Positions 28,666 through 42,983 of a stretch of DNA of 64,000 nucleotides are shown here, piece after piece (position 1 is the stretch's first letter; the number at the start of each line of letters is the position of its first letter). The DNA is from Octopus vulgaris (Eukaryota): assembly GCA_951406725.2 (NCBI GenBank), contig OX597840.1, positions 22,134,001-22,198,000 of the forward strand. Direction: 5' to 3'. The translations under genes were made by a program, and so were the position numbers. The notes beneath the pieces were generated by a model that was not told the origin of the DNA, searched no databases, and saw only the letters and a program-made list of their open reading frames with translations.

Positions 28666-29956
28666 AAAGCCGCAATCTAGTCAAGTATCCCAACATTTAG
28701 GATGCTCGGCTGGTCTGTAGAACTCTACACCATGACATCAGCTGGAAACTGCCAAAGAAACAGTGATGTCTACAGGCTCCACTCATGAAGAGAGGAAGGG
28801 AATAGAAACTGAAATAAGTGTAGACAGTCTTTGCATAGAATCTCAGATAACATCAGCAAAAACAAAATACATAAACTTATGAAGAGAACAACATCCCACA
28901 TGTGAACTGTGAGCTCCTCTGAAAGCATTCTCTTCCTGATGACCTTTCACAAAACCCCCAAAGCAGCCGAGCTAACATACCTCAAAGAAGACCTAGATAT
29001 GAAATGCTCAGCATACCAAAAAGAGACCATGTATGGCTGTTTCCTGAAGACTTGAAGAAGACAGTAATATCAACATGAATCAAAGCCTCTCTTGGACTCA
29101 TGACAGTTTCATCACATCACACTTTGAAAGTTACGTATTTGCAATCCAAGAACAGAAGATTGCTGTGAAATACCTCGTAAACAAGAGAGGCAGTGAAGCC
29201 CTTGGAGTGCCAAGATACAACTGAAAATGTAGATTATATCATATTTCTGTGGAAGACATTACACATGGGATTAGCAGCTGCCCCAAAATGTTAAGATATT
29301 TCCTCCTATGCAACATGGCTTTGTCACTAAAACAGTACATAATGCCATTCAAAAAAGGCTCTCCTGGAAGATATGTAGCGAAGGCCCTGTTATTGAATAC
29401 ATACATAAAACATCAACACAAGGAATACTAGTGAGAGATTCCAATCAGATCTGGATATTATTGTTTGGGACAAAAGTATGTACTGTCATTAGGGTTCGAT
29501 TGCCCTGCTGATGTGAATGTCTCTTCCAAAATCAAAGATAAAAAGGATAACTATGGACAACTGCACTGAAATCTCCTGCTGCTATATTCATATTATAAAT
29601 TCGTTTGTATGTTTGTAAATGTGTTAGTAAAAATCTGTGTACATTAGGGTTTTAGGAGAAGAAATCAACCAGCTAACTCGCTCATTAAATACAATCTGTA
29701 AGAGGAACAGAAGCAACATGCAAGTCTTTTATCAAGTTTAACATTTGTTTTTCGCTCTCTGTGTTCCAACAACGGAGCATTGTATCTCTGTTAGAAACTC
29801 TTTCTTTCCTTACAAGAAGATTTCAAATAATTAAGAATAGAACAGAACAAATATACATGTAAGTGATATGTGCCTCTAAGCACTGACTCCACATTGTGTC
29901 AGTGAATGGGAAAAAGCTCAGAGGAAGTGAGTATAAATGCATTTATTTCTCTCTCT

Positions 29957-29997
<41 letters not shown>

Positions 29998-30363
29998 TAG
30001 ATAGATAGATAGATATGCACACACACACATAAACCTACGTATATTTTAAAGCTCATAGGAAGTAAATATATATATATATATATATATATAAGTATATAAA
30101 TATATTTATTCACCGCATTCTAAACTTGATGCAGATTTTAAAGAACAGAAATATTATCCTAACAAAACAACAACAGCAACATTCTCTGCTCAAACAGCTC
30201 TAAAATGTTCATTCATGTACATCTATCATGTGCATACAAACATGCACATACGCACACACATATGCATGAATAATTATATGTAGATGGATATGAGTACTTT
30301 CACACAGTTTTATGAATATGTATGTGTACATATATGTGTATATGTAAGTATGTATGTTGTATG

Positions 30364-30403
<40 letters not shown>

Positions 30404-31517
30404 TCATATGCATTATATTTGATTATTTATATACACATATAATGGGAGAGAGAAATATAGATATATACCCATACAATTTTTGTAAATATTTATATGCATA
30501 TATACATACTTGTAAACACACACACACACACACATATATACATATATATATATAAACACCTTCATACACACATAGCTCTCCTTGTTTTCCCCTCCCGTTC
30601 TTCTAGTTCTCTTGGGTGTGTTAGTTCCCCAACTGGAATAAATTGGCAGCTACAGAGAATGATTATTTCCAATTCTCTTTTCTGCCATTATTGTCTTGTC
30701 AAAAAACATTATCAGCAGAATGGATATTTTATTCTGCCACCATTGCTTGCCATTCCTGGGGAATATTCTACAAAAGACTGATTATACAATACAAATATGA
30801 AGTAGGAAAGTTGCAGAGAAATATATTGCATAAATTTGTAAAGTTTTTATTTATTTCAAAGAAAAAAAATCACCAAATGTAGAATTCCTGCATTTTTTTT
30901 TTACTGATTTTACTGTTCTGTGCAGTGTCAGGCATTGTCCTTTTGAAAAGATAAACTAGTGAGTCTTATCTAAATATGTTGATATTTAGACAATGTGCAT
31001 GTAAATATATAAACCTTCACTTGCTAGTGAACCTACCATGGTGCTTATTAATATGTGTCATGCGTTTGGGAATTGCAACAGAAGGATAGGTATGGACACA
31101 TGTTTCTAACTTTACAGACATCATCAGACAACAGTTGTCCTATATGGAAGCCAGAAGAGGAGATACTTAGACATATACAAAATGTGTAGAATACAATTAT
31201 AACCCAAGGTAATTTGTATAAGTTAAATGAAAATGAGCTAAGAGAAATAACTCATAGTTTGTGTGTGTAAGAGAGAGAGAGAGAGATTGATTGTATTTCA
31301 CTGACTGAAAATCACCTGATGAAATGGAGTAGTAATACAACAATGTGAAATTATGTAATGCAATGTAGTGTACGTTTTTATTCTTTACCGAGTCAAGATA
31401 GACTCATAGACCCAGTATCCAAAAGTTTTCAGCAGGTGTAAATGCACAGACAGGTTTCTTTCGGTGAATTGGAGGACACCACCAACTCCGGATTGAGCTG
31501 ATGTTTTGCACACTTTG

Positions 31518-31895
31518 TCATATTTCATTATTATGTTCTATACCAGGTGTACTAACTGTAGCTTTTGCAATTAGGGACGATGGGGATTTTAGTTTCCTTA
31601 ATTTCATTTCTTTCTTCTCATTCCATTTTTGCATCAATCTTCTTTGTGATTTTTCATGTTTTTTTCTTATTTTTTCACTGTCTAGTGTCCTTGTTTTTAA
31701 AGATGTATCTAACACATAAACAGAGCCTGGAAGATTGTTGGGAGATAAATGGTGTATTTTATAAATGTCTTGTTAAAGTATCATAAAAGCATGAAACTAT
31801 TACTAGCTCTTTTGGTTGTGTATTAAATTGATATTTATCTCACACTGGATGGAATACTTTTTTGTTGATTTTACCTCTAATGGATCTGTAAACTA

Positions 31896-31928
<33 letters not shown>

Positions 31929-32874
31929 GTCCGATGAACGGCAACAGGAAACTCAGAGTAACAGGTTTTGTTGAATTTTCTGCTGCTTTAAATAAAGTAT
32001 ATATATATATAATCACTCCGTAAAAGCACCCACTACACTCTCGGAGTGGTTGGCGTTAGGAAGGGCATCCAGCTGTAGAAACTCGGCCAGATCAAGATTG
32101 GAGCATGTTGCAGCCATCTGGTTCACCAGCCCTCAGTCAAATCGTCGAACCCATGCTAGCATGGAAAGCGGACGTTAAACGATGATGATGATATAACATT
32201 ATTATCGAGTTAGAAAACAGAGAGATCTAATGGATACAAATTAATTTATTAATTAGTCAACACATTCACCTACAATTGTTTCATTTCATGAAAATTAAAA
32301 TTCTGAAAGAAATTAAAATATATAATTTTACATTTTAAATACTTTGTATGAAAATCATCAGGATGTACAAAGGACAATACAAGAATGTGTATGTATATGT
32401 GTGTGTGTGTGCACGCATGCATTAAAATTGAATTAAAAATAAAAGTAATAATTTTAATGCATGTATGCACACATATACATGCACACACACATATACATGC
32501 ACACACACATATACATGCACACACATATACATGCATAATAAACATGACTATATATGCTGAGTATTCCAAATGTATCCTAATGTAATCCTTGTATTGTCCT
32601 TTGTACACCTTGATTTTCCATATAGGGTATTTAAAATGTAAAATTATATATTTATATATGGTTTGGAATTTTAATTTTGCTTGTGAAATGGAACAATTGT
32701 AGGTGAATATGTTAATTAATTAGTAAATTAATTTGTATCCATTAGATCTCTCTGTTTTCTGACTCTATAATATTTTACAATATATTATATAATATATTCA
32801 TTGAAGAAATATCTCTTCAAAACATATTAAGCTAGTATATCCCTATAAGAGGTTTAAATATTCTCAATTGTGAC

Positions 32875-32912
<38 letters not shown>

Positions 32913-35900
32913 TATATATACATATATATATATATATATATGCATACATACATACATACATATATATGCCTACATATATATATCAATAGGTGAAGGTGCA
33001 TGCATCAGCTATGAGTTTGAGGGGGAGGAGGAGGAGGAAGAGGAGGGGGAGGCAGAGGAGGAGGAGCAGGAGTTATAGGTTGATCAGCTATCATGAAATC
33101 TGTTCTTGAAATAAAGTGATTAGCCTTTTGCAGAAAGTCATCCATTATTTGAAATCTCTGTTGTGGTTTAATGGAAATGACACTAATCTCTTTAATACTT
33201 GGCCAGGAAGAGAAGCTGGAAACGCACTTCAGTTTTGTTTCCCCAAACTGTTTCGTAGAATTGTAAGGAAAAACTTTGGATTACGTGCTTTTTTTGGTTG
33301 TGGTGGTGGTGGTGGTGAAGACAATGATGGTGATGATGGTGGTGGTGGTGCTGATGGTGGTGGTAGTGGTGATGATGATGGTGGTAGTGGTGGTAATGGT
33401 GGTGATGGTAGTGGTGGTAATGGTGGTGATGGTAGTGGTGGTAATGGTGGTGTTGGTGGTGGTGATGTGTTTTGTTCTTTTTATAGTAATTGTTGGTGGC
33501 GTTGTTGTCGCTGTTACTGTTGTCGTTTTTGTTATTGTTGTTAGTGTTTTTGTAGTTGTTATTGTTGCTGTTGTTGTTTAATCCTGATAAAGCAGATCAA
33601 AGACCAGAGGTGCTCCAGCTGGGCCAATATGCCTTATATCAGATAATATTGCACAGAGTCTGAAAGTTTTGCAATATTTTGGTAACTTCCTCAACTTACA
33701 ACAAAATCAGCCTCGCATTCAAAGGAGGGGTCCTTCGTGTTTCCCCATCCGAAACCAGTTCTTTGATTCCATGCTGATACCAGTTCTTGTCCTTCAGAAT
33801 GGAGAAACCTGAAGCTTCCACCTCTTCTTGATTAATGAAACTTCACAAGAGAGTCCAAGTGGGTCAATAACAAAGTAACGAGATTTTGTGAGTTACAAAA
33901 GTTCCCAATGTTTGCAAATATGTTGGTGTGTTGGTTGAGCTATTGATGCACATACTTGGCCGTGTGCATCTTGAAAATTTCCACTGTCACTTATAGATTG
34001 GATTAGGAGAATCCACATCAGTTTCTTTTGCTCACTCTCTTTGAAAAACCTTCTATTTGTCAGTTTATGTATATCTCACTGTTGTCTCTAGCCTGTCGCA
34101 TTCAATAATCCAATACTATTGCAAACAGGTATGGTGCAAGCATATCTCCTTGTAGCATCCCAGTTAGTATTTAAAGGAATTCTGTTTCTCTGTCAGATGA
34201 CAACACATGAGCTCTGGTCTTCTCGTAGGTCTTTGCAATGGCAAGAACTAGTTCTTCTGAAATGCCCTATGCTCAAAGGATCTTCATTTTGTAACGATGG
34301 GTAAGCAGTTCAGAAGCAGACGTCAAGATCAGGAAGGTACAAGCATAGAACCTGTCACAAACTAAAGAAGATCTGGAACTCCAAATTGCCCAGGCAAATC
34401 AAATCAAGCTGTTCATTGCAATTCTCAAATCAATGTTACTGTATGAGAGTGAAACATGGGCACTGACAAAGAAACTATCAAATGGGCTAAATCGATGCAA
34501 TACATGGATGCTATGAATGGCCCTAAATGTGAAATGGCAGCAACATATGACATATGAAAGTTTTTAAGGAGACCTGCCAAAAGTTAGCAAGAAGATCAGG
34601 CAAAGATGACTGTGACTATCGGGTCACTGTGTGCACTATCTTGATCAGGAAGCATCCAAAATAGTCTTGTGGAACCCACTTCATGGTGATGTAAGATGAG
34701 GAAAACGTCATCACACATCGACAACTTGGTAGCAGACACTTAAAGTTAAATTCCTTTCTCAAGTCATCCTGACTCATAAGGGCCATTCACTGATTTCCAT
34801 GGTGTACATATTCTTCACCTGGATGGGATACCAGTCTTTTGCAGGATTACTCCTTTTTGCCAGCTGAGTGGACTGGAGCAATGTGAAATGGAGTGTTTTG
34901 CTCAAGAACACAATGTGTCGTCTGGTCCAGGAATCGAAACCACAATCTTACAATCATGAGACACTGGCCGGGAATATATCTAGGATATCAAGGCAGTGAT
35001 GATGAACCACGAAGTGTGGTGGATGGACTTTGTTGCTGCAACCTGGGTTGGAACCCGGCCATAATAAATAATGTGTAACTCTGTAGGAACATAGCTTGAT
35101 GCACCAAATACATGGAAAAGTGAATGTCAAATGATGATGATGACGGTGGTGGCAGTGGTGGTGCTTAAGTGGTAGAGCAGGATCCAACTGGAGAGAAGAT
35201 GAAAAGATGGCCTGTGTTCCATCTAGGACTACATTAACCAATGTAGCTGAATATACATTGCCCAATGTGTCCTTCCTCATTGTTGTTTATATATATCATC
35301 ATCATATATGCAGACATGGCTGTGTGGTAAGAAGCTTGCTTACCAACCACATGGTTCTGGGTTCAGTCCCACTGCATGGCACCTTGGGTAAGTGTTTTCT
35401 ACTATAGCCTCAGGCCGACCAAAGCTTTGTGAGTGGATTTGGTAGACGGAAACTGAAAGAAGCCTGTTGTATATATAAAAATGTATATATTTATGTGTGT
35501 GTCTCTTTGTGCCTGTGTTTGTCCCCCACCAACCACCACTTGACAACCAATGTTGGTGTATTTACAGCTACATAACTTGGCAGTTTGGCAAAAGAGACTG
35601 ACAGAACAAATACGAGGATTACAGAGAATAAATCTTGGGGTCGATTTCTTCAACTAAATATTAAAACCCTTCAAGACAGTGCTCCAGCATGGCTGCAGTC
35701 CTATGACTGAAACAAGTAAAAGAACAAAAGTATTTACATGTGTGTGTGTGTGTGTATAGTATTATAATGAAAACCACAGGTCTTGTGAAATAGAGCCACC
35801 CAAGATTTTGCGACTGAAACATTAATTTCTTTTGCTGTTTTTTCAAGTTTGAGACAAGACTGTTTGTCAGTTGGTTTTCAAGCAGATGACATCAACTTAC

Positions 35901-37569
35901 TACAACACTCTCTGAATCTCTGGCAAAGGAAGGACAATTTGATATAGAAGTAAGGGTTGAATGGAACAAAAAGGAAGAAATAAAATGAAGGAAGGAAGGA
36001 AGGAGGAGAAAGAAAAAGAGAGAGAAAGAAAAGGGTTGTCAGAATACAGGCACAGAATAAATTGGTGCATGCCAAAGTAATCAGGTTAAGATAACATCGG
36101 GTTATCTATAATTACATCAAAATTAAATTAGATACAACAGTTTAAGGATTAAATTAGATACACTAGTTAAGAAATGAATGATTGGTTGGTTACACAAGAA
36201 ATAATTCAAGTGGGATGTGAGAGAATTAATAGAGTAAAAATTCTACTGTTGCCATTAGCTGAATCAAGTTAGCTATGTGGAATTTTTATGTGAAAATTTT
36301 AAAGTTTTATTAAATATGTGGAAGCTGTGGATCAATAATGTATTATGTTAATTAATTAAATTAGAGCATACATTTGAGAATTTCCAATGCCTCTAATGAG
36401 CACAAATTATAGCTACCTCCACTCCTATGTACAGAAATGCACAACCATGAAATTCAGCAGTTGATCTTTTTCTCCTTGATTTCTCAGATGTTCTTAGCCA
36501 GTGAGGTTCTTTTCTTTTGTAGTTAAAGGATAATGGACTTTACTACATGTTTTAACAGAACAGTTTATATATTAAATTCTTCTTCAGACACGGGTTATTA
36601 TGAGGGCATTTATCATGATTCCTCCAGTTTCACATTCTATTAAGTTTGTTATCATAACAGACCTTATTTATTTTATTTGTGCTAATGTTATTGCTATGAC
36701 AAGATAGCACATAATTGTTATCATCATCATTTAACGTCTGTTTTCCATGCCAGCATGCGAACCGTCCAACTCATGCTAGCATGGAAAACGGACGTTAGAC
36801 GATGATGATGATAAATTAATATTAGACAGAAATATATTACTTGTAGCTAACCTAAACTGGTATTTACTACCTGAATAATTAAAAGTACATTTGTTATTAC
36901 CAATAGTATTTAATTTCTTACTGTTAATTTCCACTATATTACCCACAAGATTAGGTAGAGCAAGACATGCAAACTCCATGGTATGTCAATTGAATATCTT
37001 ACTACACCTGAAGGAAAATGTTTATCCAATATCCAAAGCTACCTGAATTACTTAAGGAGTGTCAAACCATGGGAGATTTCTACTGCATAATTTAGTTCAA
37101 GTGGTTTTGTTGTCATTATTTACATCAGTTTGGTTGGTTCTATGTTTATTGATTTTCTTACAGTTATACAATGTGTAATGAATATTCTCAGGGTTAAATC
37201 TGTTATCACGTTTAGTCTACTTACTCATGCCTAACTGAATTCCAGTTTCCAAATTTTCTAGGTATGTGCCATCAATATCAGGGAAAATAGGAGTTTTTCA
37301 GGCAATTTGCTTCCTTAACTAAAAGGGGGCTTCAAGGATTACTCGCTATGTAGACAGTAATTTCTTTGTTTATTATACCACTATTATCTACATTGCAAGC
37401 ACTCCAAGTCTTTGCCTATTGTTACAATAATATTACCTTGATGTTCTTTAATATGCCTATGCCTACATGAGTCTAGTTTGCCATCCTGAGATATTTTCTC
37501 AGTTCTACCCTGAGGAATATGAATATGACAGGATCTTCTCTCTATAACCAACCCTCGCTAAAGCAGCAT

Positions 37570-37601
<32 letters not shown>

Positions 37602-38066
37602 TATACATATATATATATACATATATATACATACATACACATGTATATACATATATATATACATATATATTCCACATCCTCGCGTTGTGTTTTTTTGTGT
37701 TTCCTTGTTTGGATTAACTATATATATATATAGTTAATCCAAACAAGAAAACACAAAAAAACACAACAACGCGAGGACGTGGAATATATATATGTATGTA
37801 TATATATGTATATATATATATATATACAGACACGTATATACATATATATATATACAGACACGTATATACATATATATATATATACATAATTGTAGCTACA
37901 CACATACTTTGTTGATTTCTTTTCCTTTTTTTGAACCTTTCCCCTTCTCCTCTCCATCAAAGAGCTATACTTCAAATGTCAAACTCTCTTTTCTCCAAGT
38001 CAAGCTAATACATTCCTTGTGCTCATCCTCTTGTTGTCCATTAATTTTTATTCATTTATTTGAATT

Positions 38067-38103
<37 letters not shown>

Positions 38104-38250
38104 CTTGTGCCCTGAGAGTATGCTGTATCACCCTGTCACCTCTGTCTCTAGCTTCCTTTCAGCTACTCTTACCCACCTCACATAATGTAGAGTAGCCATA
38201 TATCTCCTCTACAACAAGACACCTGTGCTTATCCTTCTTTCACATAAAGC

Positions 38251-38281
<31 letters not shown>

Positions 38282-38946
38282 TACACACACTAATACACCC
38301 CACACACCCGGCTAAGAGGCTTTTCCTTTTCTTTTCTCATCTTGCAAGTCACCTGGCAACCTCATTAGCACAGGTGGCATTAAAAAAAGAGCACCCAGTA
38401 CACTCTGTAACATGGTTGGCCTTTCAGGGTGGCATTCAGCCACAGAAAAATATGCTAAAGCTGACACTGGAGCTTGATGCAGCTCTGTGGGTCACTGGAT
38501 CCTACCACATCATCCAATCCACGCCAGAAGGGAAAATAGGCTTGGGCAGTGCTTGGAAAAATTTTAGTCAAACAAATCAACCTCAGGACCTTTGTTTAAA
38601 GCCTTATACTTATTCTATCAGTCTCTTTTGACAAGCCATTAAGCTACAGGGATGTAAACAAACCAACATTAGTTATCAAGTGGTATATATATATATATAT
38701 ATACACACACACATGACAGGCTTCTTTCAGTTTCCACTGTCCAAATCCCTGAGGATTTGGTCAACCCAAGGCTATAGTAGAAGACACTTACCCAAGGTGC
38801 CACGCAGTAGGACTGAACTCAAAATCATGTGGTTGAGAAGCAAACTTCTTACCACACAACCATACCTGCACCTACATATATATATATATATACACACACA
38901 TATATAGACATATACACATTTGCCTATGTGTATGTGTGTGTATGTA

Positions 38947-38997
<51 letters not shown>

Positions 38998-41378
38998 TAC
39001 ATATTTATATGTACACACGCACACATATATATGTATTTATGTATATGTGTGTGTGTGTTTTGCAAGAGGTGAAAATTATTGATCTTAAAACTAAACTAAA
39101 TTAGAACTACCGAAACAAAGTTACCGTAATTGTCTGTTAATGCTAGCTAAACATGTACAGAAATATTCCATTCTGTTTGGCAAAACCATTTATATTTAGA
39201 TTTGAACAAAACTCTTAATAACACCTCAACTTCATTAATGACTTTCTGAATGTCCTCCAGGAATTACTTTGGTTTGTATTACTGCTTCTGTTTCTATAAT
39301 CAAATTCTTTGATAACAGGTTCTTCACATCTCAAACAGCAGTTAGAGAAAGCTCAGTTTCATGAAACAAACAAAAGAAGCTTCTATGTGGTTACTTGACC
39401 TTTTAGAAATAAGCACAAAGTTCTCCCTACTCACAACTTATGTGCTGCCTTAAAAATATAATGAAAGACTGCAGTGGACAATGTAATTTTAAATCTGTGG
39501 TTCCCAACTCTTTTTCAACCTATGGACCCCTTTCAATCCTGTTTTACTCAAATAGACCCCCATAGCCATTCAATGTTTTAAAAAATACTATTATATTCTC
39601 ATAGCAAGTGATTTGATCTGAGATCGTGTGCTGGAACGCAAACAATTGCAGCGTGGAAGGTGTTTGTAAGCCATTTAAGAAACACACAAAAGCCGTTCGA
39701 TTCACTTCAACAATTAAGTTTAATTTGTCAAAATATTTTCATCGCTAAAATCCGCGACCTGTTCAGACAAAAATAATGATGCAGCACGGATTTTTGTCAG
39801 TGAATAGGTTGTGGTCTTAAAGCAATGAAAATATTTTGACAAATTAAACTTAATTGTTGAAGTGAATCGAACGGCTTTTGTGTGTTTCTTAAATGGCTTA
39901 GAAACACCTTCCACGCTGCAATTGTATTATATTCTTATAGTTAGATATTATTAAGGACTAGCTGATAAGACGCACTCTGTGCAGAATTTTAAGGTCATGC
40001 CTACAGAGGGCTAATTGGGTTTGTGGCCCCAGACCATAGAGAGCTAAACAGCATGACTATAATACATCTATAATGACTATATGCCCCGGTGGTGTTTGAT
40101 CAGAGGTTAAGGACAGATGAGAAGAATGAATTCTGTAATGTAATCAGTCTATTGTTCCAGTCCCAAGCTGAATTCCAACTGTTGGCCAATTTGTCCCAAA
40201 GTTCTTATCTCGACATAAAATCAACAAAACGAAAGTCATTTATCTCTGATTTCTGAATTCATCTGACAAATGCCAACCAAAATGTTGTGAATTAGCCAAG
40301 CTTTACCTGCTAGAAATAGCAACCCAAATGCTTTTAAATTGGATCCCAAAGCTGGACATTCAAGAACCAAATAAAGGGTAGGTTTACAATCCCAGGATCA
40401 TCCTGATTCCAAAAAAGTATAATATGTCTCTGTAGAGCAAATGTAGGCTGAGCTATAGAGATCCCAGACAAACAGGTAGAATTTTGATTTTATTAATGTA
40501 GATTTTATTTTAAAAATGGCTAAGATATTTTGTGTATTATAAAAGTATAACCAATTCATTGCACATAAATTTTAACAAAAGATCTTATATGACCCCCAAG
40601 GGCCATATGGACCCTAGTTGAGAACCCCTGTTTTAGATGTACAGCTAATGGAATGGTCATGGCTGGAATGATTTTTAATCATTAAAATGGTTCACAATAA
40701 AAGAGGCAAAGCTTTCTAGTCAGCTCAGAGATGCCTGTCATGGTATCTGGTGCTGAAGAGAACTCAAATTTGACCAGTCTGATATAGAGTGCTCTCAGCT
40801 GACAAGGGTGTCTTACATCTTTTTTGTATCAAAGGAGAATTTCTTCCCCAAAACAAACTGCAGTGAAAAGCCTTTCCATGTTCAAATATCTCCCAAACAT
40901 ATTTGAACTGCTCTTAAGTTTGCTCCCTGGCCCCATGTTTCAGGGTTCAGTCCCACTGTGTGGAACCTTAGGCATGAGTCTACTATTATAGCCTCAAGGC
41001 CAACCAAAGCATTGTGTGTGGACTTGGTAGACGGATACTGAGAGAAGCCTGTTGTAAATGTGTGTGTGTGTGTGTATGTGTGCCTGGTGGTCTTTGTCCC
41101 TCCCCCACCACTGCTTGACAACCAGTATCAATGTGTTTACACCCCCATAACTTAGAGGTTCAGCAAAAGATAGTGATAGAATAAGTACTAGACTGAAAGA
41201 AAATAAGTACAGGGGCCAATTCATCCAACTTTGGTTGGCCTGGAGCTATCTACTATAGTCCTAGGCCAACCAAAGCTTTGTGAGAGGATTTGGTAGATGG
41301 AAACTGAAAGAAGCCCATTGTATGTATGACTCCCTACCTTATTCACTATATATCTATACTTCTTTCAATGGTAATGAT

Positions 41379-41413
<35 letters not shown>

Positions 41414-42943
41414 CAATGTAAACACTTTTCCATATAACATTGCACTTCAATTTTGAAGCTATAGGGTAATACAGAAACACTCAACTGTGAGTGCATTGTA
41501 TCTTATAGCAGAAACTGTTGTAAGCTAATGAAGTTCACGGCATAATATCTTATTCCCTTGTCATTTATTTAATTTCTGAATTTCATTAGGTTACAGCTGT
41601 TTCTGCTATAGGATGCAATGCACACTGAACTGAATGTATATCACTCTATAGCTTCAAACATGAAGTGCAGTTTTATTTCGGAGAGAGTTTACATTTATAT
41701 ACATGCAGAGAAAAAGTATAAACTTATGTAGGAAATGAATTCAGGAGTTGGAAGGAGAGAAGCCCCTCCCAGAAGTGGAATAAAATTATTTTATTCTGCT
41801 TCTGGAAATGAATGATTACCATCAGAAAAATGATTTGTCCTTCTTGAAAGTCCAATGGTAATGGAGGAATAGCAATACATACAGGTTTAACACACTGGAA
41901 GTATGTAGTTACAAACCTGCACATTAGCAGAGTCCAGTGTGTACAAGAATGTTGTTTCTGAAAGTCAAAGTAGTGACAGCAACTCAACAGCACACTTGAT
42001 GTCTAAGCAGCCTGTTAAGGACAGCTCTGCTTGCTCATGATGTGAGAGGGAACTAGAAAACCTGTTCTAAACAAATGCCAACCTCATTTCAAACTTATAA
42101 GCATGCTTTTTTGTTTTGGTTTTTGTAAATAATAAACCTAAATCTGACTGACAGGACACAGCATTTGTAATTTCATTGTATTATTATTTACTATTGCCTT
42201 GCCTTCCATTCCTGTAACATAGCATCGGAATTTCAGCACTAACACTGACACGACACAGCATTTGTAATTTCATTTCACTATTACTTATTGATATTCCTAA
42301 TTAAAAAAATGTCTCCTAAAGAAAGACCATCAAAAAACAAACACCAAACAAACGCACGATGTGCAATGCTTTTTCTAATTGAACAGTAATGTTCCACTTG
42401 ACCGGCAGCCTTTTCAGTGCCATCGCAGTCAACTGGATTCCCTAAAGCTATACTTCTACTATCTGATAAACCCATTTTTTTTCGAAACAGTAAAAGTAAT
42501 TACCTGATCAATGACCAGTGTTACTGCTAGTATACATATATATATTTACATACGTGTGTGTTTGTGTTTGTCCCCCTCCCATAACACTTGAAAAGTGGTG
42601 TTGGTTTGTTTATGTCCCCATAACTTCATAACTAAGCGGTTTGGCAAAAGACTTTAATAGAAAACATGCCAGAATTAGAAAAAATAAGTACTGTCCAACT
42701 GAAATTCTTCAAGGCGGTGCCCCACCATGGCCAGAGACCAATGTCTGGAACAAGAAAACGATAAAAGATATCAAAAAGAAAAAAAATTGGGGGTGGCGGT
42801 GGGGTTGCTGCGGTGGAATTAGAAAAAAGAAATAAACAGAAATAAAGAAATCTACAGCCGGACACGAGAAGGAGAGAAATAAGCGAAGAAGTTAATTCCG
42901 GTGTTCGGCCTTTCGTCGCTCCTCTATTAAACACGCTGTGACA

Positions 42944-42983
<40 letters not shown>

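Noticed and set aside
28680-29520. Coding-like sequence after the 18S fragment
   Set aside because: Many stops and no motif I can recognise; possibly an old retroelement remnant.
31095-31135. CUGAUGA...GAAA on the minus strand as a hammerhead or SECIS
   Set aside because: No adequate stem II or stem I pairing and no closing GA quartet.
33116-33581. Gly/Asp-rich 142-aa ORF
   Set aside because: Mostly (GGT)n repeat; the unique part could not be fitted in phase to any exon chain.
36776-36979. [15 protein letters not shown] with a good Kozak context as a start exon
   Set aside because: Splicing it to the 19-nt microexon leaves a phase that does not match the 31726 exon, while the other frame is consistent throughout. 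It remains a possible alternative.
42281-42475. 64-aa ATG ORF on the minus strand in the CpG-rich zone
   Set aside because: No homology and no convincing link to the neighbouring exons.
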